The notes: a model not told the origin generated them from the sequence alone. Positions 29,778 to 38,921 are shown, counted from the stretch's first letter. The stretch is 64,000 nt of DNA from Prevotella sp. (GCA_016284635.1 JAEEPF010000001.1:10041-74040); one strand, 5' to 3'. Numbers and translations are program-made.

Positions 29778-32700
29778 ATGAACAGCATCAATCAACTTAT
29801 GGAGGGTCTGTCTCACCCTGTGCTACAGGCGATGGCCTGCACTTTGGGATCATATAATTATACCACCCTCCGGCAGATATATGAATTTCATAAACTTCGC
29901 GTCACTCCGATAGAAGAGAATTGCAGAGTATGGCTCTCAGAGGGAATATTGGTTGGTGATCAAGTAAGACGATACGAATCGGGGAACAAAGTAAGGATTG
30001 CGCCTACGAAATGGATTGACATCTTGCGCACCGTCAGACTTGCTGATATTCCAATACTTTTGGCTGTAAGTTCCGTACCAAGGATTGAAACGCGCGAGGC
30101 CATCGGCCATTTGGTCAGTGCGCTCATCAAGTTCTTGAACGGGGAACCCTTTGTCGAAGAACTGATGAGAACAAAATGGGGGAATCTCACATTTGAATAT
30201 AGCAGGGTGATGGAACTGCTGGCTCATCTTGTCAACAATAAAGAGTTCATCCCTTTCTCTCAGCAGATCGATCAGTCTTTACTCATGATGCTCTTCTACA
30301 ACTATCTGAGCAAATGGATGGCACTTGACAAGACTATCGACATGGACATCATTAACGCAGTGTTCCTTGACAACAAACTTGTTGATGATAATCATCGCAG
30401 TATCATGTACGATGGATACCTCTATTATTCTCAGGTACTCAAAACTGGCCAGATAGATGAGATCCTTGGAAAACTGCGGCCAGGTGGCGACAAATTCAGA
30501 CGGCTACAATGCTTCAAGTATATTCACGACGGAGAGCCAGCCAAGGCATTTTCAGGACTGTCAGCTATTCTGAAGGAAGACAAGCAGTTGACTTTCCCCG
30601 ACTCGCTGACCAACTTTGTCTATGCCCTATCCATCAGTCTGACGGATTCAGCTCCAGCCATTAAGACAGCAGAGAAACTGATGAAAGACAAGAATGTTGG
30701 TTATTACAGCAGTAATTATGCCATGCTGTTGGTGCTTCATCACTTTATCAAAGGCGACGCTGCTGAGTTCTACAAGATATATCCCTTGACAACCTGTAAA
30801 GACAAGATGGGCTGGCAGTTGGCCTGTCTATTTCTACGCCATTATCAGATTTTAGATCCAGAACCTCAGGCCATACCGTCAGCAGAGGACTATGTGAAAT
30901 CAGAAGGACTTGTCTATCTTCAACTGCTTTATTCTGACGACTTTCCACAATTTGAACAGATCAAGAAGCAACTGCAGAAACAGACAGGACTGAGCACTCC
31001 GTTGCTTCCAAAGGTGAAGAAAACAGAGAAGTGGGAGCGTGTCATCAATCAGATTATGAACCTCTGCGGCGACAGCAGCGATACCACAAAGAAGAAGCGC
31101 CCCCAACATTTGGATATAGAACGGGTGGCCTACGTCGTGAATCTGCACAACTATTATGTTCAGCCAAAGTTACAGAAGTCAAAAGACGGAGGCATCACAT
31201 GGAGCAAGGGTCGCAATATCGCACTGAAGTCATTCGGACAAGAGAGTTTTCTTTCTCCATTAGACAGAAAGGTAGCTGCGATGGTTAGCAGTTATAGCTA
31301 TGGCTGGTATGGACAGGTGAGTTATGAACTCTGTGGCGAACGGGTCATTGCAGCATTGGCAGGCTGCCAGAGCGTATATTCAGAGCATACCGAACAGCGC
31401 ATCGACATCGTTGAAGAGCCTCTCATGCTGCAAGTACAGCCAAAGGGAGACGGATATTCCGTCCGTTCAAATATCAATCTTGAACAAGTAGGCACCTCAG
31501 GATACAACATTACTGAGCAGGGTGACAAACAAGTCACCATTACCAAAGTCACACGCGAGCAGAAAAAGACGCTCGAACTGCTTCGCGACGTAGGCATCTT
31601 CCCTAAGGAAAGCAAGACGCAGCTGACTGCACTACTACAAAGCCTAAGCAGCGAGTTTACCGTCATGAGTCCTCTGCTGAAGAATGCCACAGACATGAAA
31701 CGTGTAGAGGCATCACCCAAAATCGCTGTTCAGATATCGCCAGACGAGAACCAGTTGTTCTGCATTTCTCTGGCAGTCAAGCCTTTTGGCGACAAGCCTC
31801 CCTATCAGAAGCCAGGCAAAGGAATGGAGATCGTGACTGCCACTATCGACGGAGAGAAGGTGCAGACAGAACGAGACCTGAAAGCCGAAAGTCAGAACTT
31901 GAAGGCTGTAGAAGAGATGCTTGGCGATACCAATGAGAATCTGATGTACGATGACCGCTGGTATATCGATACGGCAGATTGTCTGTCGCTCTTGGAGCAG
32001 ATACGACAGCACCCAGAGGTGGCCTTTGCAGAATGGCCCCAAGGCATCAGGCTGCGGGTAGTCCGGCCGATGATTACAGCAGACATGCTGCGACTGAAGA
32101 TCAGTAGTGCAGGACAATGGTTCGAGGTGGAGGGCGACATCAATATCGGTGACAAGGAGAAGATCAAAATAGCTGAGATGCTGGAACGCCTGCGCTCATC
32201 TGAAGGTAATTTCATCCGTATAGAGGGTGATGAGTTCGTGGCCCTGAGCGAACAACTGCGCAAACAACTACAAGCACTTGACAAGATGCTCTTAGGCCGC
32301 AGCAGCAAACAACTGAAAATCGCCACCATGAACGGCCTGCAGCTATCCGATCTTGAAGAACTCGGTGCGAAGGTGAAGGCCGATGAAGCCTTCCGCGATC
32401 TGATGAAACGCATCAAGGAATCAGGACAGATGCAGTTCCCACTGCCCAAGAACATTCACGCCGAACTCCGTCCCTATCAGCAGGAAGGCTTCGAGTGGAT
32501 GAGCCGTCTGGCACACTGGGGAGCAGGAGCCTGCTTAGCGGATGACATGGGACTCGGGAAAACCCTTCAGAGCATCACCCTAATGCAGTCGAGAGCAGCA
32601 CAAGGTCCACAACTGGTACTGATGCCGACCTCCGTACTGCTGAACTGGCAACAGGAGTTGCGACGCTTTGCCCCTGCCCTCACCGTGAAAGTCCTGAACC

Positions 32701-33845
32701 AGCAGAATGCGGACCGTCAGAAACTGGTGAATGAGGCCGAAGCAGGCGACGTAGTTCTCTCTACCTACGGACTGCTTGTGACTGAAGAAGAACTGCTCAG
32801 TTCCCGCATCTGGACCACCATCATCCTTGACGAGGCTCACACCATCAAGAACCGTGAAACCCAGACATCGAAGGGAGCAATGAACCTGAAAGGCGATTTC
32901 CGTCTGATGTTGACAGGTACGCCACTACAGAATCATCTGAGTGAAATCTGGAATCTCTTCCAGTTTGCCAATCCTGGCCTCTTAGGCTCGTATCAGCAGT
33001 TCACAGACCGCTTTATCCTACCCATCGAACGTGACCACGACCAGGAACAACAGAGACTCCTGCGACGTATCCTTTCCCCATTTCTGCTTCGCCGCACCAA
33101 AGAGGATGTGCTCAACGAACTGCCACAGAAGACAGAGATTACCTTGCAAGTGGAGCTGAGCACCGAAGAGCAGGCACTCTACGACAATCTGCGCCAGCAG
33201 GCAATCGCCAATCTGGAAGACGGTTCAAAGAGTGCTTTGCAGACGTTGGCTGAGATTACACGTCTGCGACAGGCTGCTTGCCATCCACGACTCATCAACG
33301 ATAAGCTGCAGATTCCTTCAAGCAAGACGCAGGCATTTCTTGAGCTGGTTGCCAATCTCCGACAGAGCGGGCACAGGGCTTTGGTGATCAGTCAGTTTAC
33401 CAGCCATCTGGCACTCGTAAGGGAGGAACTTGACAAGGCTCACGTACCTTATTTATATTTAGACGGCAGTACGTCTGCCCAAGAAAGGAACAAATTAGTC
33501 CGGCAATTCCAGACTGGCGACGATCCTTTGTTCCTCATCAGCCTAAAAGCAGGCGGTCTGGGACTGAACCTGACCGCAGCCGACTTCGTGATACATCTCG
33601 ACCCCTGGTGGAATCCTGCCATCGAAGATCAGGCCAGCGACCGTGCTCACCGCATCGGACAGGATCGTCCTGTCACCATCTACCGTCTCATTGCTTCTGG
33701 TACCATCGAAGAGAAGATCATACGCCTCCATCAGAACAAGCGTTCGATGGCCGATGCATTGTTGCAGGATGCCGACATGTTCAGTCAGATATCAGCCGAA
33801 GACGTCATCCGCCTGCTCAGGGAAAGTGCCGATGCCATTCAGTAA
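29778..33845 (+). CDS. SNF2/SWI2-family helicase with long uncharacterised N-terminal region
   Basis: LRPYQ, LADDMGLGKT, LDEAH, LTGTPLQN, LRRTK, SLKAGGLGLNLT, DPWWNPAIEDQASDRAHRIGQ. Confidence 0.93.
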   Translation: MNSINQLMEGLSHPVLQAMACTLGSYNYTTLRQIYEFHKLRVTPIEENCRVWLSEGILVGDQVRRYESGNKVRIAPTKWIDILRTVRLADIPILLAVSSVPRIETREAIGHLVSALIKFLNGEPFVEELMRTKWGNLTFEYSRVMELLAHLVNNKEFIPFSQQIDQSLLMMLFYNYLSKWMALDKTIDMDIINAVFLDNKLVDDNHRSIMYDGYLYYSQVLKTGQIDEILGKLRPGGDKFRRLQCFKYIHDGEPAKAFSGLSAILKEDKQLTFPDSLTNFVYALSISLTDSAPAIKTAEKLMKDKNVGYYSSNYAMLLVLHHFIKGDAAEFYKIYPLTTCKDKMGWQLACLFLRHYQILDPEPQAIPSAEDYVKSEGLVYLQLLYSDDFPQFEQIKKQLQKQTGLSTPLLPKVKKTEKWERVINQIMNLCGDSSDTTKKKRPQHLDIERVAYVVNLHNYYVQPKLQKSKDGGITWSKGRNIALKSFGQESFLSPLDRKVAAMVSSYSYGWYGQVSYELCGERVIAALAGCQSVYSEHTEQRIDIVEEPLMLQVQPKGDGYSVRSNINLEQVGTSGYNITEQGDKQVTITKVTREQKKTLELLRDVGIFPKESKTQLTALLQSLSSEFTVMSPLLKNATDMKRVEASPKIAVQISPDENQLFCISLAVKPFGDKPPYQKPGKGMEIVTATIDGEKVQTERDLKAESQNLKAVEEMLGDTNENLMYDDRWYIDTADCLSLLEQIRQHPEVAFAEWPQGIRLRVVRPMITADMLRLKISSAGQWFEVEGDINIGDKEKIKIAEMLERLRSSEGNFIRIEGDEFVALSEQLRKQLQALDKMLLGRSSKQLKIATMNGLQLSDLEELGAKVKADEAFRDLMKRIKESGQMQFPLPKNIHAELRPYQQEGFEWMSRLAHWGAGACLADDMGLGKTLQSITLMQSRAAQGPQLVLMPTSVLLNWQQELRRFAPALTVKVLNQQNADRQKLVNEAEAGDVVLSTYGLLVTEEELLSSRIWTTIILDEAHTIKNRETQTSKGAMNLKGDFRLMLTGTPLQNHLSEIWNLFQFANPGLLGSYQQFTDRFILPIERDHDQEQQRLLRRILSPFLLRRTKEDVLNELPQKTEITLQVELSTEEQALYDNLRQQAIANLEDGSKSALQTLAEITRLRQAACHPRLINDKLQIPSSKTQAFLELVANLRQSGHRALVISQFTSHLALVREELDKAHVPYLYLDGSTSAQERNKLVRQFQTGDDPLFLISLKAGGLGLNLTAADFVIHLDPWWNPAIEDQASDRAHRIGQDRPVTIYRLIASGTIEEKIIRLHQNKRSMADALLQDADMFSQISAEDVIRLLRESADAIQ

Positions 33846-33849
33846 GCTT

Positions 33850-33936
33850 CTCCATAGTGTCACTTTTACACCCGAAAACTTTCTGCAAGTTTTCGGGCTT
33901 TTCCTTGTTTATTTCAAGAAATATTCATACCTTTGC
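33850..33936 (+). repeat. 87-bp direct repeat copy 1 (hairpin + -7 promoter box)
   Basis: 78/87 identical to 34897-34983; stem CCCGAAAACTT/AAGTTTTCGGG; ends with TACCTTTGC. Confidence 0.9.
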
Positions 33937-33953
33937 AAAAATAATCGATAGCA

Positions 33954-34418
33954 ATGGCTGATATCATCACTATTTATCACGGCAGCAATGTGGTTGTGGA
34001 GAATCCACAAATCATCGTGTCAGGGTTTTACAAAGACTTTGGCTACGGCTTCTATTGCACAAACTTAGAGAAGCAAGCCAGAAAGTGGGCGTTAACCAAA
34101 CGTGGTAATAGTTATGTATCCATCTTTAAATATCAACCAATAGAAGATTTGAAAGTGTTGTCATTTCCTATAATGACGGACGAATGGCTTGATTTCGTTG
34201 TGGCCTGCCGACGGGGAATCAAGCACGATTATGACATCGTAGAAGGTCCAATGGCAGATGACCAGATTTGGGATTATGTTGAGGACTTTATGGAAGGTAT
34301 TATCACGAGAGAAGCATTCTGGGTATTGGCAAAGTTCAAATATCCTACTCATCAGATAGTATTCTGCACCCAGAAGTCATTAGAATCAATCACCTTTGAA
34401 AAAAGTTTTAGCCTATGA
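33954..34418 (+). CDS. DUF3990 family protein (ADP-ribosyltransferase-like motifs)
   Basis: IYHGS...DFGYGFYCT...QA.KWA...EWLDFV..CR...YDIVEGPMADD...THQIVFCT. Confidence 0.8.
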   Translation: MADIITIYHGSNVVVENPQIIVSGFYKDFGYGFYCTNLEKQARKWALTKRGNSYVSIFKYQPIEDLKVLSFPIMTDEWLDFVVACRRGIKHDYDIVEGPMADDQIWDYVEDFMEGIITREAFWVLAKFKYPTHQIVFCTQKSLESITFEKSFSL

Positions 34419-34888
34419 CGAACGTTTTTTTTCCAGAAGAGAAAGTCACTACAGACGACCTCTATTTCGTCTGCTATATGATAGAGAGGATTGCGCGCCA
34501 GCTGAAACAGCCCAACAAATATGTGGCAAACATAATGGGACATGATGAACTCGTCAAGAAACTTTCGCTTGCAGATACACTACACTCTGAGAACCCTTTG
34601 GCAGTTGCTTCTGACTGGACGGACGAATATCAACTGCAACCTGGCAACTATGATGTTACGAAAGTTGATGCTGAGTTGTGTCCTACGATTCCAACTGCAA
34701 CCCAAATGGGGAAGGTTTATAAACGACTGATTCTGAACACCCTCCAACCTGACGAAGACTATGCAGACGCCATCCTCCGCGTCTATAACGATCCCATTTG
34801 CGAAGTCATCGACAACTATAACACCAGTGCTTATTACGAGCCATCCCCCTACATTGCCCGCAGTTACTTTGCTGGCGGATTTGCATAA
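34415..34888 (+). CDS. Helical partner of DUF3990 (DUF3791-like)
   Basis: ATGA overlap with upstream gene; FVCYMIERIAR and YNTSAYYEPSPYI segments resemble DUF3990-neighbour proteins. Confidence 0.6.
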   Translation: MTNVFFPEEKVTTDDLYFVCYMIERIARQLKQPNKYVANIMGHDELVKKLSLADTLHSENPLAVASDWTDEYQLQPGNYDVTKVDAELCPTIPTATQMGKVYKRLILNTLQPDEDYADAILRVYNDPICEVIDNYNTSAYYEPSPYIARSYFAGGFA

Positions 34889-34896
34889 GCGGCCTA

Positions 34897-34983
34897 CTCC
34901 ATAGTGTCACACTTACACCCGAAAACTTTCTGCAAGTTTTCGGGCTTTTCCTTGCATGTTTCAGGAATTATTCGTATCTTTGC
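34897..34983 (+). repeat. 87-bp direct repeat copy 2 (hairpin + -7 promoter box)
   Basis: 78/87 identical to 33850-33936; ends with TATCTTTGC. Confidence 0.9.
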
Positions 34984-35090
34984 CGTCGTATTGCAATTTA
35001 AATGAATGTTGAACTCTAAAAACAAATCGCTTATGGTGACATAGCAAAGACAAAATAAAGACAAAAGACTGGAACGTCCACTTTTGATTC

Positions 35091-35240
35091 TTGTTTCTGA
35101 CAATTGGGGAATTGAAAGAAATTAGTCAAGAACAATAGTAGATAGTTCACGCCGCTGGCGTGGGCATTTACTCGTTTAAGACTAATAGGTTTTCCCCAAT
35201 ACCTCAGAAACGTAGACGAAGTAAAGAGTCCACGTTTTTA
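35091..35240 (+). promoter_or_regulatory. Candidate structured 5' leader RNA with alternative pairings and a terminator-like final stem
   Basis: TTTCTGA..TTGGGGAA can pair with TTCCCCAA..TCAGAAA; CGTGGGCATTTACTCGTTTA can pair with TAGACGAAGTAAAGAGTCCACG, which is followed by TTTTT. Confidence 0.45.
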
Positions 35241-35289
35241 ATTTCTGTATATTCAAGCATAACAATTATAACTAAAAAATAGAACGATT

Positions 35290-37716
35290 ATGAACAGACA
35301 ATCTTTTATCATAATCCTGCTCACCCTGCTCATGAGCATGACCGGAGCAAAAGCTTTCGCCCACGACATTGCAGTTGCTAATAATGATGGAGTAACCATC
35401 TATTATAGGTGGGCAAATAACAATACTGAACTGGCTGTCAGCTATGGTGGCTCGTTTGGTAGTAGTTCATACACTGGTAATGTGGTTATCCCAGAATCTG
35501 TCGACTATAACGGGAATACCTATCCTGTGACATCCATAGGCTATTATGCTTTCTCTAATTGCTACAACCTGACCTCCGTAACCATCCCCAACAGCGTGAC
35601 ATCTATTGGCGAGCATGCTTTCGATGGATGCATACGCCTGATATCTGTCACCATACCAAACAGCGTGACATCCATCGGCAATTTTGCGTTCGAAGGATGC
35701 AGCGGCCTGACATCTGTGAGTATAAACTGTAGTCCTACAACTATTGGTTACAGTCCATTCGCTGGTTGCAACAAAATAGAAGAAGTCTCTTATGATTGCG
35801 AAATTGTTACATCACTATTCAGAGACCTTTCAAGTATTAAAAAAGTGACATTATCTGAAAACATAAAGGCTATCGGTGAGTCTGCTTTCTCTGGATGGTA
35901 CGGTCTGACCTCAGCCACCATACCCAACAGCGTGACATCTATCGGCGATTGGGCTTTTTGGGATTGCATAAACCTGACCTCAGTCACCATACCCAACAGC
36001 GTGACATCCATCGGCGAGCATGCTTTCTATGAATGCAAACATCTGACATCTGTCACCATCCCTAACAGCATGACTACCATCGGGATGTTTGCTTTTTGCA
36101 AATGCAGCGGTCTGACCTCAGTCACCATCCCCAACAGCGTGACATCCATCGGCGAGTCTGCTTTCTATGGCTGCAGCGGCCTGACCTCAGTCATTATTGG
36201 CAGCGGCGTATTATCGATTGGGGCATCTGCATTTTCAGATACAAACTTAAAGAAAACCATTTGGCTGACCAACACGCCACCGTTTGGGTACGAGAATGCA
36301 AAGGCAGCGGTCAATTATGTGTCGAATGATCAATTTGGTATCAGTAATCAGGTCGTATACAAATTCCTGAGCTCAAATTTTGTGGTTGATGGCATCAGAT
36401 ATGTTCCTGTTAGTCCATCCTATCGCACTTGCGATGCCATAGACTGCATATATGGAGAGTCTGCAGAGAACATCAATATCGGTGAAACCGTCACCAATAA
36501 AGGAGTCACTATGACCGTTAAGAAAATCAATCCGTATACTTGTTATAACAACAAACACATAAAAAATCTCAAACTCGGTTTGGATGGAGGAATCGGAGAT
36601 TACGCTTTTTATGGATGTGGAAATTTGGAAACTGCAGAAATAGGACAGGATGTTCTATCTATTGGCGGTTTTGCTTTCAGTAGTTGTTCAAAGTTGAAGA
36701 GTATCGTCATACCTGATGCTGTCACTTCATTAGGATTCTCAGCGTTCTCCAGCTGTGCCGCTATTACTTCAGTCAAGATAGGCAAAGGTATTGAGACTAT
36801 AAGCGCAAGTACTTTCTCAGGATGTTCCTCACTTACAGAAATTAATATTGGTTCAAAAGTGAAGAACATCAATGATAATGCTTTCTACGCCTGTTGGTCA
36901 TTACCTGCCATTACTATACCGCAAGCTGTAACAAACATTGGTAATGATGTCTTCAATTACTGCACAAGTCTGTCAAAAGTCACCATTGCTGACAGTGAGG
37001 CTACTTTGACATTAGGATATAAAAATGGTAATTCTTTATTCGCATCCTGCCCATTGGACTATGTCTATATCGGACGTGATATCAGCTATCAGACCTCAAG
37101 CAATTATGGCTATTCTCCCTTCTATCGGAACACCTCGCTGCGTGCTGTAAAGATAACAGACAAAGAGACAGAAATCTCAGAGAATGAGTTCTACGGATGC
37201 ACCAATCTCCAGCAGGTGGAAATCGGCGACGGCGTGACCACCATCGGCAACTGGGCGTTCTCAGGCTGTTCAAGCCTGAAATACTTTGCCTTTGGCACTC
37301 AAGTGGCAACTATTGGCCAAAATGCTTTCTCTGATTGTACGGCCCTTATAGAAATCTGCAGCAAAGCCACTACACCACCAGATTGTGGTAGCCAGGCTCT
37401 GGATGACATCAACAAGTGGGAGTGCAAGCTCTACGTGCCAGATAATTGTTATGATGCTTATCAGAACGCAGAGCAGTGGAAGGAATTCTTTTTCACGGAA
37501 GAAGGAGAGGGGACTATTTTTATTGATGATGAGCAGACAGTCATATTAGGTGATGCCAACAATGATGGTGAAGTTGACAAATATGATATTAATGCTATTG
37601 TAGAATTCATTATGAGTGGAAACATCAACAGCATAAACTTCAAGAATGCTGACGTTAATAAGGACGGGAAAGTGAATGCCGCAGATATCGTAGTCCTAAA
37701 CAAAACGTTAAATTAA
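35290..37716 (+). CDS. BspA-type leucine-rich-repeat surface protein with C-terminal dockerin-like domain
   Basis: Signal peptide; many 23-aa LTSVTIPNSVTSIGxxAFxxC repeats; GDANNDGEVDKYD...ADVNKDGKVNAADIV tail. Confidence 0.9.
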   Translation: MNRQSFIIILLTLLMSMTGAKAFAHDIAVANNDGVTIYYRWANNNTELAVSYGGSFGSSSYTGNVVIPESVDYNGNTYPVTSIGYYAFSNCYNLTSVTIPNSVTSIGEHAFDGCIRLISVTIPNSVTSIGNFAFEGCSGLTSVSINCSPTTIGYSPFAGCNKIEEVSYDCEIVTSLFRDLSSIKKVTLSENIKAIGESAFSGWYGLTSATIPNSVTSIGDWAFWDCINLTSVTIPNSVTSIGEHAFYECKHLTSVTIPNSMTTIGMFAFCKCSGLTSVTIPNSVTSIGESAFYGCSGLTSVIIGSGVLSIGASAFSDTNLKKTIWLTNTPPFGYENAKAAVNYVSNDQFGISNQVVYKFLSSNFVVDGIRYVPVSPSYRTCDAIDCIYGESAENINIGETVTNKGVTMTVKKINPYTCYNNKHIKNLKLGLDGGIGDYAFYGCGNLETAEIGQDVLSIGGFAFSSCSKLKSIVIPDAVTSLGFSAFSSCAAITSVKIGKGIETISASTFSGCSSLTEINIGSKVKNINDNAFYACWSLPAITIPQAVTNIGNDVFNYCTSLSKVTIADSEATLTLGYKNGNSLFASCPLDYVYIGRDISYQTSSNYGYSPFYRNTSLRAVKITDKETEISENEFYGCTNLQQVEIGDGVTTIGNWAFSGCSSLKYFAFGTQVATIGQNAFSDCTALIEICSKATTPPDCGSQALDDINKWECKLYVPDNCYDAYQNAEQWKEFFFTEEGEGTIFIDDEQTVILGDANNDGEVDKYDINAIVEFIMSGNINSINFKNADVNKDGKVNAADIVVLNKTLN

Positions 37717-38066
37717 CTTGTAGATACAGAGGGAGATTCTTTTATTATAAATAGGAGAGCCGTTTTCTTTTTATGAGCCACTGATGTTGGCTTATAGAAT
37801 TAAGTCATCATTAGTAGGAAAATGGGAACTGGTAGGGTTTGAAGAAGGATGTGTGATGCTAAAATAATATACATATTAAAATAATTAACATTTCATTAGA
37901 ATCATTAGCTCCCACTTTCATCTTCTCACTAATACCTACCCGAATCCCATTATCCCACTTTCCCACTATCTACATTGTTGATGTTTTTGCAAAGATATTG
38001 CATTTTTCTTCAAAAAAGTTTGGAGATATAAAATTTTATACCTACATTTGCAGAAAAAAAGAAGCT

Positions 38067-38129
38067 ATGCCGACATTGTTGAGGATATTTGGACTGAGGT
38101 TCAAAGAGGATTATTATGGAGACGATTAA
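38067..38129 (+). pseudogene. Internally deleted DUF4160-type toxin remnant
   Basis: 20-aa ORF MPTLLRIFGLRFKEDYYGDD; N-terminus matches the typical DUF4160 start; overlaps the DUF2442 ATG; -7 box TACATTTG at 38043-38050. Confidence 0.6.
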
Positions 38130-38532
38130 GAATTTGTGGTTTGACGGACATCGCATTTTTATGCGCTCATCGGAGGGACGGGTATTGAGCCGTCCATTGG
38201 AGGCATACCTAGAGTTGGAGGAAGCAACGACTGAGCAGCGCAACAACTTCACCATAGAAGATGAAGGCAGAGCCATCAGATGGGAAGAGCTGGATGCCGA
38301 CATACATATCTCAAGCTTTTACGAAACTTCTGAGCCCAATGAGCAGAATGAGGTGGCAGTCATGTTCAAGCGCTGCCCTTGGCTGAATGTGTCTGAAGTG
38401 GCTCGTGCGATTGGTATCAATAAGAGCCTATTGGCCAGATACATCTATGGTATCTCCAAACCGAGCGAGCAACGGATCATGCAAATACGTGAGGCTTTCC
38501 ACCAATTCGCTCAGGAATTACAGACAGTCTGA
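38116..38532 (+). CDS. DUF2442 + HTH putative antitoxin
   Basis: PL.AY..L..AT.EQR..F.I...G.AIRWEELDADI DUF2442 pattern; LNVSEVARAIGINKSLLARYI.G..KPS HTH. Confidence 0.8.
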   Translation: METIKNLWFDGHRIFMRSSEGRVLSRPLEAYLELEEATTEQRNNFTIEDEGRAIRWEELDADIHISSFYETSEPNEQNEVAVMFKRCPWLNVSEVARAIGINKSLLARYIYGISKPSEQRIMQIREAFHQFAQELQTV

Positions 38533-38542
38533 TTCGCCAAAG

Positions 38543-38921
38543 CGTTACAGTTACAGTTGTTACAGTTAAAATATGGACTATCATGGGGCTATAGTTGATG
38601 GGCCAAAGCTGAGGAATTTGGGAAAAATGACAATTATGACAAATGACAGCGTCAGATCTGAACTTAGAAGGGCGTTGGTAACAAGTAACATTGTTACCTT
38701 CTTATTTTTTGAGTTGCGAAAAAAGTAATATAAGAATTATTATATATTATAATATATAATAATTTATAATATATAAAATGTTGTCTTCAATTTTCTGAAA
38801 ATTGATTGGTAACAATGTTACCTGTTACCATCTGGGCAGTGTGTTGTCGTGGTGGGAAAATATGTCGTTGTCATTTGTCATAATTGTCATCTTTTTAACT
38901 GTAACAACTGTAACTGTAACG
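38543..38921. repeat. 379-bp nested palindromic element
   Basis: Perfect 29-bp terminal IR, 24/25 and 22/23 inner IRs, perfect 30-bp AT-only central palindrome (38735-38764). Confidence 0.9.

Noticed and set aside
33850-34983. Classical integron attC sites or IS ends
   Set aside because: No clear RYYYAAC/GTTRRRY boxes, integrase or transposase; kept only as an unexplained direct repeat
35560-36200. BspA repeats as a diversity-generating retroelement VR/TR pair
   Set aside because: No reverse transcriptase or non-coding template copy in the window, and differences do not appear restricted to adenines
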